A stretch of 64,000 nt of DNA from Abditibacterium sp. (GCA_965246885.1 OZ251992.1:1472001-1536000), one strand, 5' to 3'. Shown: positions 8,810 to 18,905, counted from the first letter of the stretch. Program-made: numbers and translations. The notes: generated by a model not told the origin, from the letters alone.

Positions 8810-8940
8810 GACGGCGAACGATTGGCGTAGCCCGGTGAAGCATCGGCGTAACCGCGCGGGTGAGTGGCGCGGCTAATTCCTCCGATGGCGCGACCCGGTG
8901 ACTCGTCGGCGTAGCCCGGTGACTCGTCGGCGTACGTGGG
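8810..8940. repeat. Degenerate 21-bp tandem array
   Basis: CCCGGTGACTCGTCGGCGTA(G/C) twice at 8894-8935 plus degenerate copies upstream. Confidence 0.65.
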
Positions 8941-8996
8941 CGCAAGGAAGCCGCAACCCGTTTCTCGCGGAGTGGAATCCGGTCAGACTGCGGGGG

Positions 8997-10460
8997 ATGC
9001 TTCTGGCGCGTTGGCTACTGTTCTTTTTGCTGGGCGCGGTGCCGTTTTCGGCGCGGGCGCAGAGCGGCGCTTTGCCACGTGTGCGCGGGGTGCGCTTGCT
9101 GCGGTTGGTGGACGGGCACGATAGACCGCTCACGGGCGATTGTTTTGCGCCGCACTTCGCGGCGCTGGGAAACGGGCTGTGGTTTACCCGTTTGCGCAAC
9201 GGCGCGCGGTCGCTGTGGTTCGCGCTGCCGTTCGTGGACGCGCGCGAGCGGTATCCGGCGTGGCGCGCGGTGCCACTGTGGGAGCCAAGCGCGCCCCTCG
9301 TTTTGGGTGAAGCGCAGCCACTTGGCACCGACCGGGAAACCTTTGTGGGCACGGGGTTTGTCGGCTCAGTAGCGACGCTGTGGCGCGGAGAAGGGGCGCA
9401 GGTGCGCGCGCTGTGGAGCGGGGGCGAGCCGATGTCGGGGCTGGCGCCCTCGCCCGATGGGAAAACCCTCGTCTTCACGCGCACGTTCCGCGACACGAAC
9501 GGGGCGGCGCTGCCGCAACTGTGGCGCATCGGGGTTGGCGGGAAGGATGCCAAGCCGGTGTTAGTGTGCAAGCACGCGCGGCGGGCGTTTTGGCTTGATG
9601 GAGATACCCTCGTCTTCGAGCGTTTGGCGGACAAAGGAGGCGCGTTTTGGACGCTTGACCCATTCGCGGCCTCGGCGCCGCGCCTCTTGTTGGAAGGCAG
9701 TGGCGAAGGTGCGGCGCTCCGGGGCGGGGCGGGGCTGTTGTTCGCGGCGCAAATGCCGGGGAGTCAAACGTCGGGGCTGTTTTGTCTGGCGCGGGATGGT
9801 TCGGGCTTGCGCGCGATACCGGCCACCCAAGGCGCGCGGCGCCCCGCCGTGTCGCCCGATGGCGCGCGTTTGTCGTTCGATGCGCCCGACCCGCGCACGG
9901 GGGCGCGCGCCTTGTGGGTGGGGGAGTTGGACGCCGCTCAAGGCCCGCTCGTGCGGCGTCCGAATCCGGCGCGGGGCGCGCTTTGCGAGGGAACCGCATC
10001 CGTTGCCACTGCGTCCCCATCGGTGACTTCGTCACCGACTCCCGCGCCCTCGGCCACCCCAACGCCAAGCGATGACCGCGCCGACATGGACGTGGCGGGC
10101 ACCCTCGCCAACGCGTCGCGCGGCGCGAAGATGCGGGTGACGCTGTGGGCCAAGAATCGCGGCGTCCGCGCGTGGACGCCTTCGGACGTGCGGGTCGTGG
10201 CGCGCTGGGTGGACTTCGAGGCGGGCACGCGACGGCGCTGGGAGTGGAAATGGATGCGCGCGACGCTTAAGCCCCTTGGCCAGACGCGCCTCCCCTTTGA
10301 ACTGTCCGTTCCCACCAAAGCGGGGCGCTACAAGATCATCTACGGTCTGCTGCGCTTGCCGCCCAAGGGGTCGCGCTTCTCGCCACCCCCGTATGACGCC
10401 CCGCAAGAAGCGTGGCCCGGCGAATTCGCCGCCATCGCCTTCGCGGTGAATGTGAAGTAA
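8997..10460 (+). CDS. Secreted TolB-like (PD40) beta-propeller protein with P/T/S linker and C-terminal Ig-like domain
   Basis: Signal peptide ending ARA-Q; PSPDGKTLVF and PAVSPDGARLSF motifs; SPTPAPSATPTP linker. Confidence 0.7.
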   Translation: MLLARWLLFFLLGAVPFSARAQSGALPRVRGVRLLRLVDGHDRPLTGDCFAPHFAALGNGLWFTRLRNGARSLWFALPFVDARERYPAWRAVPLWEPSAPLVLGEAQPLGTDRETFVGTGFVGSVATLWRGEGAQVRALWSGGEPMSGLAPSPDGKTLVFTRTFRDTNGAALPQLWRIGVGGKDAKPVLVCKHARRAFWLDGDTLVFERLADKGGAFWTLDPFAASAPRLLLEGSGEGAALRGGAGLLFAAQMPGSQTSGLFCLARDGSGLRAIPATQGARRPAVSPDGARLSFDAPDPRTGARALWVGELDAAQGPLVRRPNPARGALCEGTASVATASPSVTSSPTPAPSATPTPSDDRADMDVAGTLANASRGAKMRVTLWAKNRGVRAWTPSDVRVVARWVDFEAGTRRRWEWKWMRATLKPLGQTRLPFELSVPTKAGRYKIIYGLLRLPPKGSRFSPPPYDAPQEAWPGEFAAIAFAVNVK

Positions 10461-10475
10461 GGCGCAAGACCGGCA

Positions 10476-10516
10476 ACAACTACTCCCGGCGCGTTCGACG
10501 CACCGGGAGCAGTTGT
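10476..10516. terminator. Hairpin between convergent genes
   Basis: ACAACTACTCCCGGCGCG..CGCACCGGGAGCAGTTGT imperfect stem. Confidence 0.5.
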
Positions 10517-10579
10517 GGAGGTTATAAATGGTCGTCAAGCGCTGATTTGAGCACAGACGGACGCGGTTACAAGCGCAGT

Positions 10580-12988
10580 TTACGGCAGCAGTTCGGCATC
10601 CACGACAACGCGGAAGCTGCCCTCGGCTTGGATGCCAAAGAGGAACTCGACGTTGACACTCGCGCCGGGGGCGAGGGTGCCGCCGGGAAGCGGCGCCGTC
10701 CAACCGGCGTTGAGGCCGCCGCCGTTGCCACTGGAAGCGCTGGTGAGCGGCGCTTCGACCGGGGTGGTGGGCGCGTCGATAGTCATGCCGACGGCCCCTT
10801 GGGTAATGGCATTGCCGTTGCTGGCGTCGTAGTAGCGCACGCCGCCCGACGAGATGGCGCGCAGGTCGGCCACGCCTGAAGCCGTGCTACTTCCGGCGGT
10901 GATGGCGACAATGCGGAAGCGTAGCTTCGAGACGGCAGCGCCAGAGTTGTTTTTGATGGTGCGCCGAATGGACAAGCGGCCCTTGGAGTCCACGCCGCTC
11001 CCCTTGCTCGCGTAGCGTGCGATAGTGGGAACAGCGGCGATGTTGATTTGGTTGTTGCTGATTACGTCGTTGCGCTGAACCGTGCTGGCTGTGCTATGGG
11101 GGTTCGGGCTACCCAAGCGCGCGGCGGTGAGCGGCCCGACGCCCGTTGCGCCAACGGTGCCGTTGGTCACGGCGGTGTCCACGAGGTTGAAGTCGGTGGT
11201 AAAGGTGCCGGTGTTGGACGGGCTACCACTTTCGAGGCGGCGGATGTAGGCGTATTGGTCGCCAAGGGAAGGCGGGGCGGGCGGGTCGCCGTCGCTCACG
11301 GTGTCAACCGTTGTGCCAGATGCGTTCTTGAGCGTAATGACCGCGCCGAAGGAGATGTCGCCGGTGTAGGTGCTGTCGCCCGTTGCGAGGGCGCTCAAGG
11401 AGTAGCCCGCAGAGTTGGCCAGCAACAAGTGCCCGGAAGCGGGGATGATGCCAGTAACGGCGATGGGAGCCGCCACACCGGTAGCTGTTACGTTCCAGCC
11501 GCTCACGTTGAGGGGGCTGGTAGTGGTGTTGACAAGCTCGATGAACTCATCGGTGGTGCCGCCCGGCCCGCCGTAGCGGAACTGGCTAATCAGCGCGCCC
11601 GAAGTGGCGACGGGGGGGATGACGGTGAAGTCTCCACTGCCCGTGCCCGTGCCACCTGCCGTTGTAACGCTGATTTTGCCCGTCGTGGCGCCGGTGGGGA
11701 CGGTGGCAGTGATTTGAGTGTCGGAGTTGACAGTGAACGTGGCAGTCGTGCCGTTGAACTTGACGCTGGTGGCGCCGGTGAAGCGCACGCCAGTGATGAC
11801 GACCGTTGCGCCGACCATACCGTTAGTGGGCGAAAAGCTCGTGACGGCTGGCGGGAAGGTCGTGGCATTAAGCAGGACGCCAATGTTGTTCGTCCCATAG
11901 TTAGCGCTGGCGAGATCGAGCTTGCCGTCGCCGTTAAAGTCGGCAGCCGCGAGAGAAGCGGGACTGGTGGCGCCCGCGCCAACGGTAGGGGTGGCGCTCA
12001 CGGAGAAGGTGCCATTGCCCGCGCCCTTGAGAACGCTGACGGTGTTGTCGCCAAAGTTGGCGACGGCTAAATCGGCTTTGCCGTCGCCGTTCAAATCGGC
12101 GGTGGTGACGAAATAGGGTAGCGCGCCAACGGCAACGCTCGTGGCGGCGGCAAAGGTGCCATCGCCTTTGCCGGTAAGAACGCTCGCGGTGTTATCGCCA
12201 TAGTTGGCGGTAGCGATGTCGGCTTTGCCGTCTCCGTTGAAATCGCCTACGACCAAGCCGTTGGGATTGGCACCGACGGCAGGGGCGACAGGGTTAACGG
12301 TAAAACCGCCACTCCCATTGCCGATGAGGATGCTGACGGTGTTATCGCCGTAGTTGGCGGTGGCGAGGTCTACTTTGCCGTCGCCGTTGAAGTCGCCCGC
12401 GACGATGGCGTTGGGGCTGTTGCCAACGGTCAGAGTAGTGGGAGCGGCGAAAGTGCCGTTGCCTTGGCCCTTGAAAAGGCTGACCTTGCTGACTTTGTAG
12501 TCGGCGACCGCGATGTCTAACTTGCCGTCGCCGTCGAAATCGCCCACAGCCACACCATCTGGGCCGGTTCCCGATCCGACGGCTAAAATGGGGGCGGCGG
12601 TGAAAGTGCCGTCGCCGTTGCCCTTGAGGATAGAAACGCTGTTGGCGCTGGAGCCGTAGTTGGCAACCGCAATGTCCAACTTGCCATCGCCATTGAAGTC
12701 GCCAATCGCCAAGGCGATGGGAATCCGGCCCACAGCGGGACTGGCGGCGGCGGTGAAAGTGCCGTCGCCGTTGCCCTTGAGGATAGACAGGCTGTTGCTG
12801 CCGTAGTTGGCGACGGCTAAATCAGCCTTGCCGTCGCCGTTGAAGTCGCCGCTTACGACGGCGGCGGGGTTGGTGCCTACAGTGGAACTGGGCGAAGCGA
12901 GGTTAAAGGTTTGCGCGTGCGCGGCAGGCAAGGCGCCGGACAAGAGCAGGACGAGCAGCAGGCCCGGCCCGGTGGAAGATCGTTGCAT
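10580..12988 (-). CDS. Secreted FG-GAP/VCBS repeat protein with IPT/TIG, lamin-tail-like domain and conserved C-terminal module
   Basis: Signal peptide ..GALPAAHA-Q; seven D(F/L)(N/D)GDGKxD repeats; SFSPTNGMVGATVVITG IPT; LISQFRYGG..DEFIELVN LTD. Confidence 0.85.
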   Translation of the reverse strand: MQRSSTGPGLLLVLLLSGALPAAHAQTFNLASPSSTVGTNPAAVVSGDFNGDGKADLAVANYGSNSLSILKGNGDGTFTAAASPAVGRIPIALAIGDFNGDGKLDIAVANYGSSANSVSILKGNGDGTFTAAPILAVGSGTGPDGVAVGDFDGDGKLDIAVADYKVSKVSLFKGQGNGTFAAPTTLTVGNSPNAIVAGDFNGDGKVDLATANYGDNTVSILIGNGSGGFTVNPVAPAVGANPNGLVVGDFNGDGKADIATANYGDNTASVLTGKGDGTFAAATSVAVGALPYFVTTADLNGDGKADLAVANFGDNTVSVLKGAGNGTFSVSATPTVGAGATSPASLAAADFNGDGKLDLASANYGTNNIGVLLNATTFPPAVTSFSPTNGMVGATVVITGVRFTGATSVKFNGTTATFTVNSDTQITATVPTGATTGKISVTTAGGTGTGSGDFTVIPPVATSGALISQFRYGGPGGTTDEFIELVNTTTSPLNVSGWNVTATGVAAPIAVTGIIPASGHLLLANSAGYSLSALATGDSTYTGDISFGAVITLKNASGTTVDTVSDGDPPAPPSLGDQYAYIRRLESGSPSNTGTFTTDFNLVDTAVTNGTVGATGVGPLTAARLGSPNPHSTASTVQRNDVISNNQINIAAVPTIARYASKGSGVDSKGRLSIRRTIKNNSGAAVSKLRFRIVAITAGSSTASGVADLRAISSGGVRYYDASNGNAITQGAVGMTIDAPTTPVEAPLTSASSGNGGGLNAGWTAPLPGGTLAPGASVNVEFLFGIQAEGSFRVVVDAELLP

Positions 12989-13123
12989 GGATGGAATGGT
13001 CGAAACAGTCTGGCGATTCTCGTTTGCCGTGCCACCAAAGCTCAACGAGACACCAGAGTCTATACAGCTTCCTTGCCATCCGTGCGCCTCCGGGAACCGG
13101 GCGTCGGCGCCACTTGCCGGGGC

Positions 13124-13309
13124 TTAGCCATTCAAGCCGGTGGGATCCGTCGGGATGCCGCCGGTGCCACCGCTTCCGGCGACCGACCCGCCGGGGCCAA
13201 GCGTGAGGCGCTGGATGGAGCCGTGAACCGTCAGGTGCGGCGCGCGATACGGCGCGCGCGGAATGGGCGAGGATGCGACTTCTGGGCGATTGGAGTGTGA
13301 ATTGTTCAT
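13124..13309 (-). CDS. Lasso-RiPP-type leader-peptide-containing small protein (61 aa)
   Basis: YRAPHLTVHGSIQRLTL-G fits the lasso leader YxxPxLxxxGxxxxxTx-G; Gly-rich core. Confidence 0.7.
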   Translation of the reverse strand: MNNSHSNRPEVASSPIPRAPYRAPHLTVHGSIQRLTLGPGGSVAGSGGTGGIPTDPTGLNG

Positions 13310-13333
13310 GGTAAAAGGAGCGACACCGGCAGT

Positions 13334-16102
13334 TTACGGCAAGAGTTCGGCATCGAGAACGACGCGGAAGCGGCCCTCGGCTTGGATGCCAAAGAGGAAC
13401 TCGACGTTGACGCTTTCGCCGGGGGCGAGGAAGCCGTTGGAGTTGATGGAAGGCAGATATGCCTCCCAACCGGCGTTGAGGCCGCCACCGGTGCCGGTCG
13501 CGCCGCTCGCAAGCGGAACGTTGGCGGGGTTAGTCGGGGCCTCTATAAGCATGCCATAGGCGGCTTGGGTGATGGCGTTGCCGTTGCTCGCGTCGTAGTA
13601 GCGCACGCCGCCCGACGAGATGGCGCGCAAGTCGGCCACGCCCGCCGTTGTGCTGGTGCCGCCGGTGATGGCCACGATGCGGAAGCGCAGTTTAGTGACA
13701 TTGCCACCGGTGTTGTTGGTGATGGTGCGGCGGATGGTGAGGCGCCCCTTGGAGTCCACGCCGCTACCCTTGCTGACGTAGCGGGCGATGGGATACACGC
13801 CGGGGATGTTCATCGCTTTGTTGCTGATGCCAGCGTTGCGCTGAATGGTGCTGGCGAGGCCATGCGGGTTGGGGCTGCCCAAGCGGATGCCGTTGTAAGG
13901 GCCAACGCCTGAGGCGCCAACGGTGCTGTTGGTGACGATCGTGGCTACGATGTTCCAATCGGTGTTGAATGTGCCGGTGTTGCTGGGCACGCCCGTTTCG
14001 ATGCGGCGGATATAAGCGTGTGAACCAGTGTCGGGTGGGATGGGCGGGTCACTGACGGTGTCTACAACCGTGTCCTGCGCGTTCTTGAGCGTGATAGTAG
14101 CGCCCGGCGAGATGTCCCCGGTGTAGCTGATGTCGCCCGACGCGCCGATGCCCAAGGAGTAGCCGCCACTGTTGGTGAGCAGCAAGTGCCCGTTCGCGGG
14201 GATGGTGCCGCTCACGGGAACCGTCACACTTCCAGCGATAACGCTCCAGCCGTTGACAAGCAGCGGCGCGTTGGTGGTGTTGACAAGCTCGATGAACTCG
14301 TCGGCGGTGCCACCCGGCCCGCCGTAACAAAATTGGGAGAGGAGCGCGCCTGAGGTGGCCGCGACGGGCATTACTGTCAGCTTAGCCGCGTTGCTGGCGA
14401 CGCTGGCTCCGTTGCGGGCAAAGACCGCGCGATACAAGCTGTTGTTGTTGCTGATGGCGGAGGTAAAGGAGTAGGTTGGCCGTGTCGCGCCGGGGATGTC
14501 GGTGAAAGTGGCGCCGCCATCGGTGCTGACTTGCCATTGCACGGTGGGGACGGGGTTGCCGCTTTGGTTGGTGCCCGTGGCAAAAAGCGCAATTTTGGTG
14601 GAAGCGTCATACAGCACGAGGTTGCCGTCGTCTTGCAGTTTCAGAAAGTTACCGGCGCCACTGCCATTGGTGCCGGTGGCGTATCTGGCAACGCCGCCCG
14701 CGTCGTAGACCACGAAGTTGCCGTCTCTTTGCACGATGGCTTTGCCCGGTGTCGTGCCGCTGGTTTTGGACGCGAACAACTCTTTGCCGTAGGCGTCGTT
14801 TAGCACCAAGTTGCCGTCGTTTTGATACTTCAACTGGTAGCCGAGATTGGACGAAACCAGCGACTGACCGGGGTTGAGTTGCGCGCCATCGGCGAGGATG
14901 TTCGGGCCGGTGGCGCTCACAAGGCCGCTCACCATCGCCGAGAAGCTCACCGTGCTGCCAGCAAACACCGTCTGATCTTGGGGTTGTTGCGTGATCGCCA
15001 CCCCAGTGTCCACCTTACGGATGCGGTCGTTGCCCTTATCGGCGATGAGGAGATTGCCCAAGCCGTTTATGGCTACGTCGGAGGGGCTGAGACTGGCCGA
15101 AGTCGCTGGGCCACCGTCGCCGAGACGAATATCATTTCTGTTGTCACCCGCGACGATGCTGATGACGCCCGACGTGTCCACCTTGCGAATGCGGCCATAT
15201 TCGGGGAAGAAGAGGTTGCCCGCACTGTCTACAGTCAAGTCGTTGGTAGCGGAGAGTGGGGCCGAAGTCGCCTGTCCAACGTCGTTGCTATAGCCGAGCG
15301 TACCGTTGCCCGCATAGGTGCTGATAACGCCCGTCGTGTCCACCTTGCGGATACGATAGTTATAGAAAACATCGGCGATGAAGAGGTTCCCCGCGCTGTC
15401 TACGGCCACTCCAGTGGGAATCCTAATTTGGGCCGAGGTCGCCGGTCCGCCGTCGCCGCCATAGCTCCCAGTTCCGTCGCCCGCGACGGTGCTGATGTTA
15501 CCCCCCGTGTCCACTTTGCGGATGCGATTGTTGGCCGCATCGCTGATGAAGAGGTTGCCCGCGCTGTCTACGGTCACGTCGTTGGGGCCGTTGAGTTGAG
15601 CCAAAGTCGCCCGTCCGCCGTCGCCGCTAAAGCCGCTCGTGCCCTTGCCTGCGACGGTGGTAATGACGCCCGTCGTGTCCACTTTGCGGATGACGTGGTT
15701 GTATTGGTCGGCGATGTAAAGGTTGCCCGCTTGGTCTGTGGCTATGCCAAGGGGATTGCTGACTTTGGCCTCCCTCGCCGGGCCGCCGTCGCCGCTATAG
15801 CCCCCCGTGCCGGTGCCCACGTAGGTGCTGATGATGCCTGCCGCGTCCACTTTGCGGATGACGTTGTTGAGCGAGTCAGAGAAGAAGTAGTTGCCCGCTC
15901 TGTCGACGGCCAAGTTTCGGGGAGCCTTGATCTGGGCCGAAGTTGCCTGTCCGCCGTCGCCGGTATAACCCCCTGTGCCGGTGCCAGCGACGGTGCTGAT
16001 AATTTGTGCGTGCGCGGCGGGCAGGGCGCCGCCCAGAAGCGCGGCGGACAGCAAAAGGCGGGGTAGAGCGCCGAGCCGGATGGAAAACGAGAGTCGTTGC
16101 AT
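13334..16102 (-). CDS. Secreted NHL-repeat protein with Ig domain, bulb-type lectin, lamin-tail-like domain and conserved C-terminal module
   Basis: Six ISTVAGxG..GDGG.AT.A..P.GVAVDSAGNLFIAD..N.IRKVD repeats; QxDGNxV motifs; C-terminal ~340 aa paralogous to 10580..12988. Confidence 0.85.
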   Translation of the reverse strand: MQRLSFSIRLGALPRLLLSAALLGGALPAAHAQIISTVAGTGTGGYTGDGGQATSAQIKAPRNLAVDRAGNYFFSDSLNNVIRKVDAAGIISTYVGTGTGGYSGDGGPAREAKVSNPLGIATDQAGNLYIADQYNHVIRKVDTTGVITTVAGKGTSGFSGDGGRATLAQLNGPNDVTVDSAGNLFISDAANNRIRKVDTGGNISTVAGDGTGSYGGDGGPATSAQIRIPTGVAVDSAGNLFIADVFYNYRIRKVDTTGVISTYAGNGTLGYSNDVGQATSAPLSATNDLTVDSAGNLFFPEYGRIRKVDTSGVISIVAGDNRNDIRLGDGGPATSASLSPSDVAINGLGNLLIADKGNDRIRKVDTGVAITQQPQDQTVFAGSTVSFSAMVSGLVSATGPNILADGAQLNPGQSLVSSNLGYQLKYQNDGNLVLNDAYGKELFASKTSGTTPGKAIVQRDGNFVVYDAGGVARYATGTNGSGAGNFLKLQDDGNLVLYDASTKIALFATGTNQSGNPVPTVQWQVSTDGGATFTDIPGATRPTYSFTSAISNNNSLYRAVFARNGASVASNAAKLTVMPVAATSGALLSQFCYGGPGGTADEFIELVNTTNAPLLVNGWSVIAGSVTVPVSGTIPANGHLLLTNSGGYSLGIGASGDISYTGDISPGATITLKNAQDTVVDTVSDPPIPPDTGSHAYIRRIETGVPSNTGTFNTDWNIVATIVTNSTVGASGVGPYNGIRLGSPNPHGLASTIQRNAGISNKAMNIPGVYPIARYVSKGSGVDSKGRLTIRRTITNNTGGNVTKLRFRIVAITGGTSTTAGVADLRAISSGGVRYYDASNGNAITQAAYGMLIEAPTNPANVPLASGATGTGGGLNAGWEAYLPSINSNGFLAPGESVNVEFLFGIQAEGRFRVVLDAELLP

Positions 16103-16231
16103 AAAGATGGTCGGGGCCATACGACGAGCACTGCTTACATCGTCACCACAGCCCACAGAGACGCCGGAACTCAGGCAACCTACTTGCCACTGGCGCTCCT
16201 TATTTGTGGAGTGGTATCCGTTCGTGGCAGG

Positions 16232-17248
16232 TCAGGCGGGCGCGGCGTTGGCGGCGGTTTGGAAGACGTCTTTGATGACGGTCTCCAATTCGACATCGGC
16301 GATTTCGAGGTCTTGCACGTCGAACGCGGCGAGCAAACGCGAGACGGATTCGGGCACGTCATCGCGCGGGACGGACAGGCTCAGGCGGGCGCCCTCGACT
16401 TCGACGGCTTCGCCGAGGGTGGCGGCGAGTTCGCGCTGGGCGGCGTCGGGCGTTTTGCTCAGGGTGAGATGGACGCGGCGCAGGGCGGCGAAGCGGGCGG
16501 ACAGGTCGGCGAGTGGGCCATCGAAGGCGCTGCGTCCGTCGGCGATGACGATGACGCGGCGGCAGAGCGCGGAAATGTCGGCCATGTAGTGGCTGGTCAG
16601 GATGACGGTGAGGCCGGTGCGCTCGTTGTAGTCGCGCAGAAACTCGCGGATGCGCGCTTGCGAGATGAGGTCGAGGCCAATGGTCGGCTCGTCGAGGAAC
16701 AGCACTTCGGGCGAGTGGAGCAGCGAAGCGGCGAGTTCGCACTTCATCCGCTCGCCGAGCGAGAGCTTGCGCACGGGGGTGTGGAGGAGTTTGGAAATGT
16801 CGAGTAGTTCGCCCAACTCCGCGATCTTGGCCTTGAAGTCGGCGAGCGGCACGTCGTAGATTTCGCGGTTGAGGTCGAAGGAGTCGTAGGCGGGCAAGTC
16901 CCACCACAGTTGGTTCTTCTGGCCTAAGACGAGGGAGAAGCGGCGTTGGAAGGCGGCCTCGCGCTTCCAAGGCACGTATCCGAGGACGCGCGCTTCGCCC
17001 GACGAGGGGTGCAGGACGCCCGACAGCATCTTGAGCGTGGTGGTCTTGCCCGCGCCGTTTGGCCCCAGAAAGCCGACGAACTCGCCCTTTTGAATGGAAA
17101 AGTTCAGGTCGGCGACGGCGACCTTGGTTTGATACTCGCGCTTGAAGAGGCCGCGCACGGCGCCCGCGAAGCCGGGTTGCTTGAGGTGGGTTTGGAACTC
17201 GCGCCGCAAATCGCGCACTTCGATGGCGTCGTTGGAGGAGGAGGGCAT
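16232..17248 (-). CDS. ABC transporter ATP-binding protein (ABC-2 type)
   Basis: GPNGAGKTT Walker A, LSLGERM signature, LFLDEPT Walker B, TSH. Confidence 0.92.
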   Translation of the reverse strand: MPSSSNDAIEVRDLRREFQTHLKQPGFAGAVRGLFKREYQTKVAVADLNFSIQKGEFVGFLGPNGAGKTTTLKMLSGVLHPSSGEARVLGYVPWKREAAFQRRFSLVLGQKNQLWWDLPAYDSFDLNREIYDVPLADFKAKIAELGELLDISKLLHTPVRKLSLGERMKCELAASLLHSPEVLFLDEPTIGLDLISQARIREFLRDYNERTGLTVILTSHYMADISALCRRVIVIADGRSAFDGPLADLSARFAALRRVHLTLSKTPDAAQRELAATLGEAVEVEGARLSLSVPRDDVPESVSRLLAAFDVQDLEIADVELETVIKDVFQTAANAAPA

Positions 17249-17297
17249 GCAGGAGAGTTTGAATCCTCCCTGCGAGGACGGGCCAAACTGCACCCCG

Positions 17298-18905
17298 ATG
17301 AAGCGCATTATTCTATCGGCAGTGGGCGTGTTGGCGGTTTGCATCTGGGGGTTGCGCGGGCGCGGCGCGTTGGGGTGGTGGCGGGGCGATTACGTCGAAT
17401 GGCGGGTTATGCCCAACGGCACGACGTGGCCCATCGGTGCGTGGGGTTTGCCGCTCGTGGTGCTGTTTTTGTTCGGCGGCGCGGCGCTGCTCTCGGTTTA
17501 CGACCGCTTTCGGCGCGCCAAGACGCGCAAGGAGGAGAAGAACTCGGTCGCAACGGCGCTTATTTGTCTGGGCGTATTGGGGTTTTTATGGCCTTGGACG
17601 CTCTTGGGGCCGGGGAATTTGTCGCGCGTCAACGAGCGGTCGGACTTAGCGCGGGTCACGCTGGAAGGGCGCTTGAACTTGCTGGCGTCGCAGTGGAGCG
17701 ACGTGGCGACGGAGTATTTTGGCGCGGCGTATGGAATCACCGACGGGCGCGCGTTCGCTCACACCTACGCGGACGCGCGCCAACATCCGGCTTCGCCCTC
17801 GCTCGCGCACATCGCCACCCATCCTCCCGGCGCGACGCTCCTGTTTTACGGCGCGCGGCGCGTTGTCGAGGGCGTGCCGGGTTTGAACGGTGCGCTCAAT
17901 TCCCTTGCCGCGACTCTGACAGCGCAGGACGAAGCGACGCTTTACAAGCAGCTGTCGCTTGTGCGCGAAACCTCTTCCCTCGGCGCGGGCGTTCCGGCCC
18001 CGCCGCCTTTGTCGCGCGGCGCCATTGGCGGCGCCTTGTTTTGCGTGTTGCTCATGGGCTTGTCGCTTGTCCTCGCGCTTCCGGCGGTGTATGGCTTGGC
18101 GACGACGGGCATTGCCGACGACAACGAGCGCGAAGCGCGCGGCTTGTTCGCGTGCGCGCTCTGGGTGCTCGCGCCGACGCTTAATTTGTACGCGTTTTCG
18201 CTCGACGCGGTTGTGGCGGGCGGGGCCGCATGGACGCTGTTCTTCGCCGCACGCGCGCTTGCGACGGGCAGGCGCCGCTTCGCTGTTGGCGCAGGCGGGG
18301 CGTTGGCGCTCACGACCATGCTCTCGTTCGGCGCGCTCGCGTTGGGCATAGTAATTGTGTTGGCGGCGGTGTTCGGACATACCCCGCGCGCGCCGGCGGT
18401 GCGTGTTGCGTTTTGGGTCGCTCTGGCGTTTGGGGGAACGTGGTTGGCGGCGGCGCTGTGGGGCGGTTTCAACCCGCTTGTGGTGATGTCGCAAGCGACG
18501 GCGGCGCACCATTTCGCCACTTTGCGCGTGCGTTCGTATGCGCCTTGGGTGGGGATGAACTTGGTGATGTGGGCGGTTTTCTGCGGCTGGCCACTGGGCG
18601 TTGCCGTTGTCCAAGCCGCGCTGGGCGGAAAAGAACTTATAATGAGAAGTGGGTCAAGAAACGAAGCGAAGTCTTTTCCAATGGGAACGGCCTTCGCTTT
18701 GGCGACGGTATCGGCGCTTGTGCTGCTTTCCCTTTCGGGGCAGGTGCGCGGCGAAGTGGAGCGATTGTGGCTGTTCTTTTTGGCGCCTTTGGCAGCGTGC
18801 GCGCTTGTCAGAAGCCGAAAAGAAGCCGGGGTGTTGGCGGCATTGCAAGCGGTTCAAACCCTTGTAATGGCGGCGACCATTGCGCCACTCGTGCGCCCGT
18901 TCTGA
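17298..18905 (+). CDS. Polytopic membrane protein, possible GT-C glycosyltransferase
   Basis: Many TM segments, HIATHPPG loop motif and GEVERLWLF motif. Confidence 0.6.
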   Translation: MKRIILSAVGVLAVCIWGLRGRGALGWWRGDYVEWRVMPNGTTWPIGAWGLPLVVLFLFGGAALLSVYDRFRRAKTRKEEKNSVATALICLGVLGFLWPWTLLGPGNLSRVNERSDLARVTLEGRLNLLASQWSDVATEYFGAAYGITDGRAFAHTYADARQHPASPSLAHIATHPPGATLLFYGARRVVEGVPGLNGALNSLAATLTAQDEATLYKQLSLVRETSSLGAGVPAPPPLSRGAIGGALFCVLLMGLSLVLALPAVYGLATTGIADDNEREARGLFACALWVLAPTLNLYAFSLDAVVAGGAAWTLFFAARALATGRRRFAVGAGGALALTTMLSFGALALGIVIVLAAVFGHTPRAPAVRVAFWVALAFGGTWLAAALWGGFNPLVVMSQATAAHHFATLRVRSYAPWVGMNLVMWAVFCGWPLGVAVVQAALGGKELIMRSGSRNEAKSFPMGTAFALATVSALVLLSLSGQVRGEVERLWLFFLAPLAACALVRSRKEAGVLAALQAVQTLVMAATIAPLVRPF

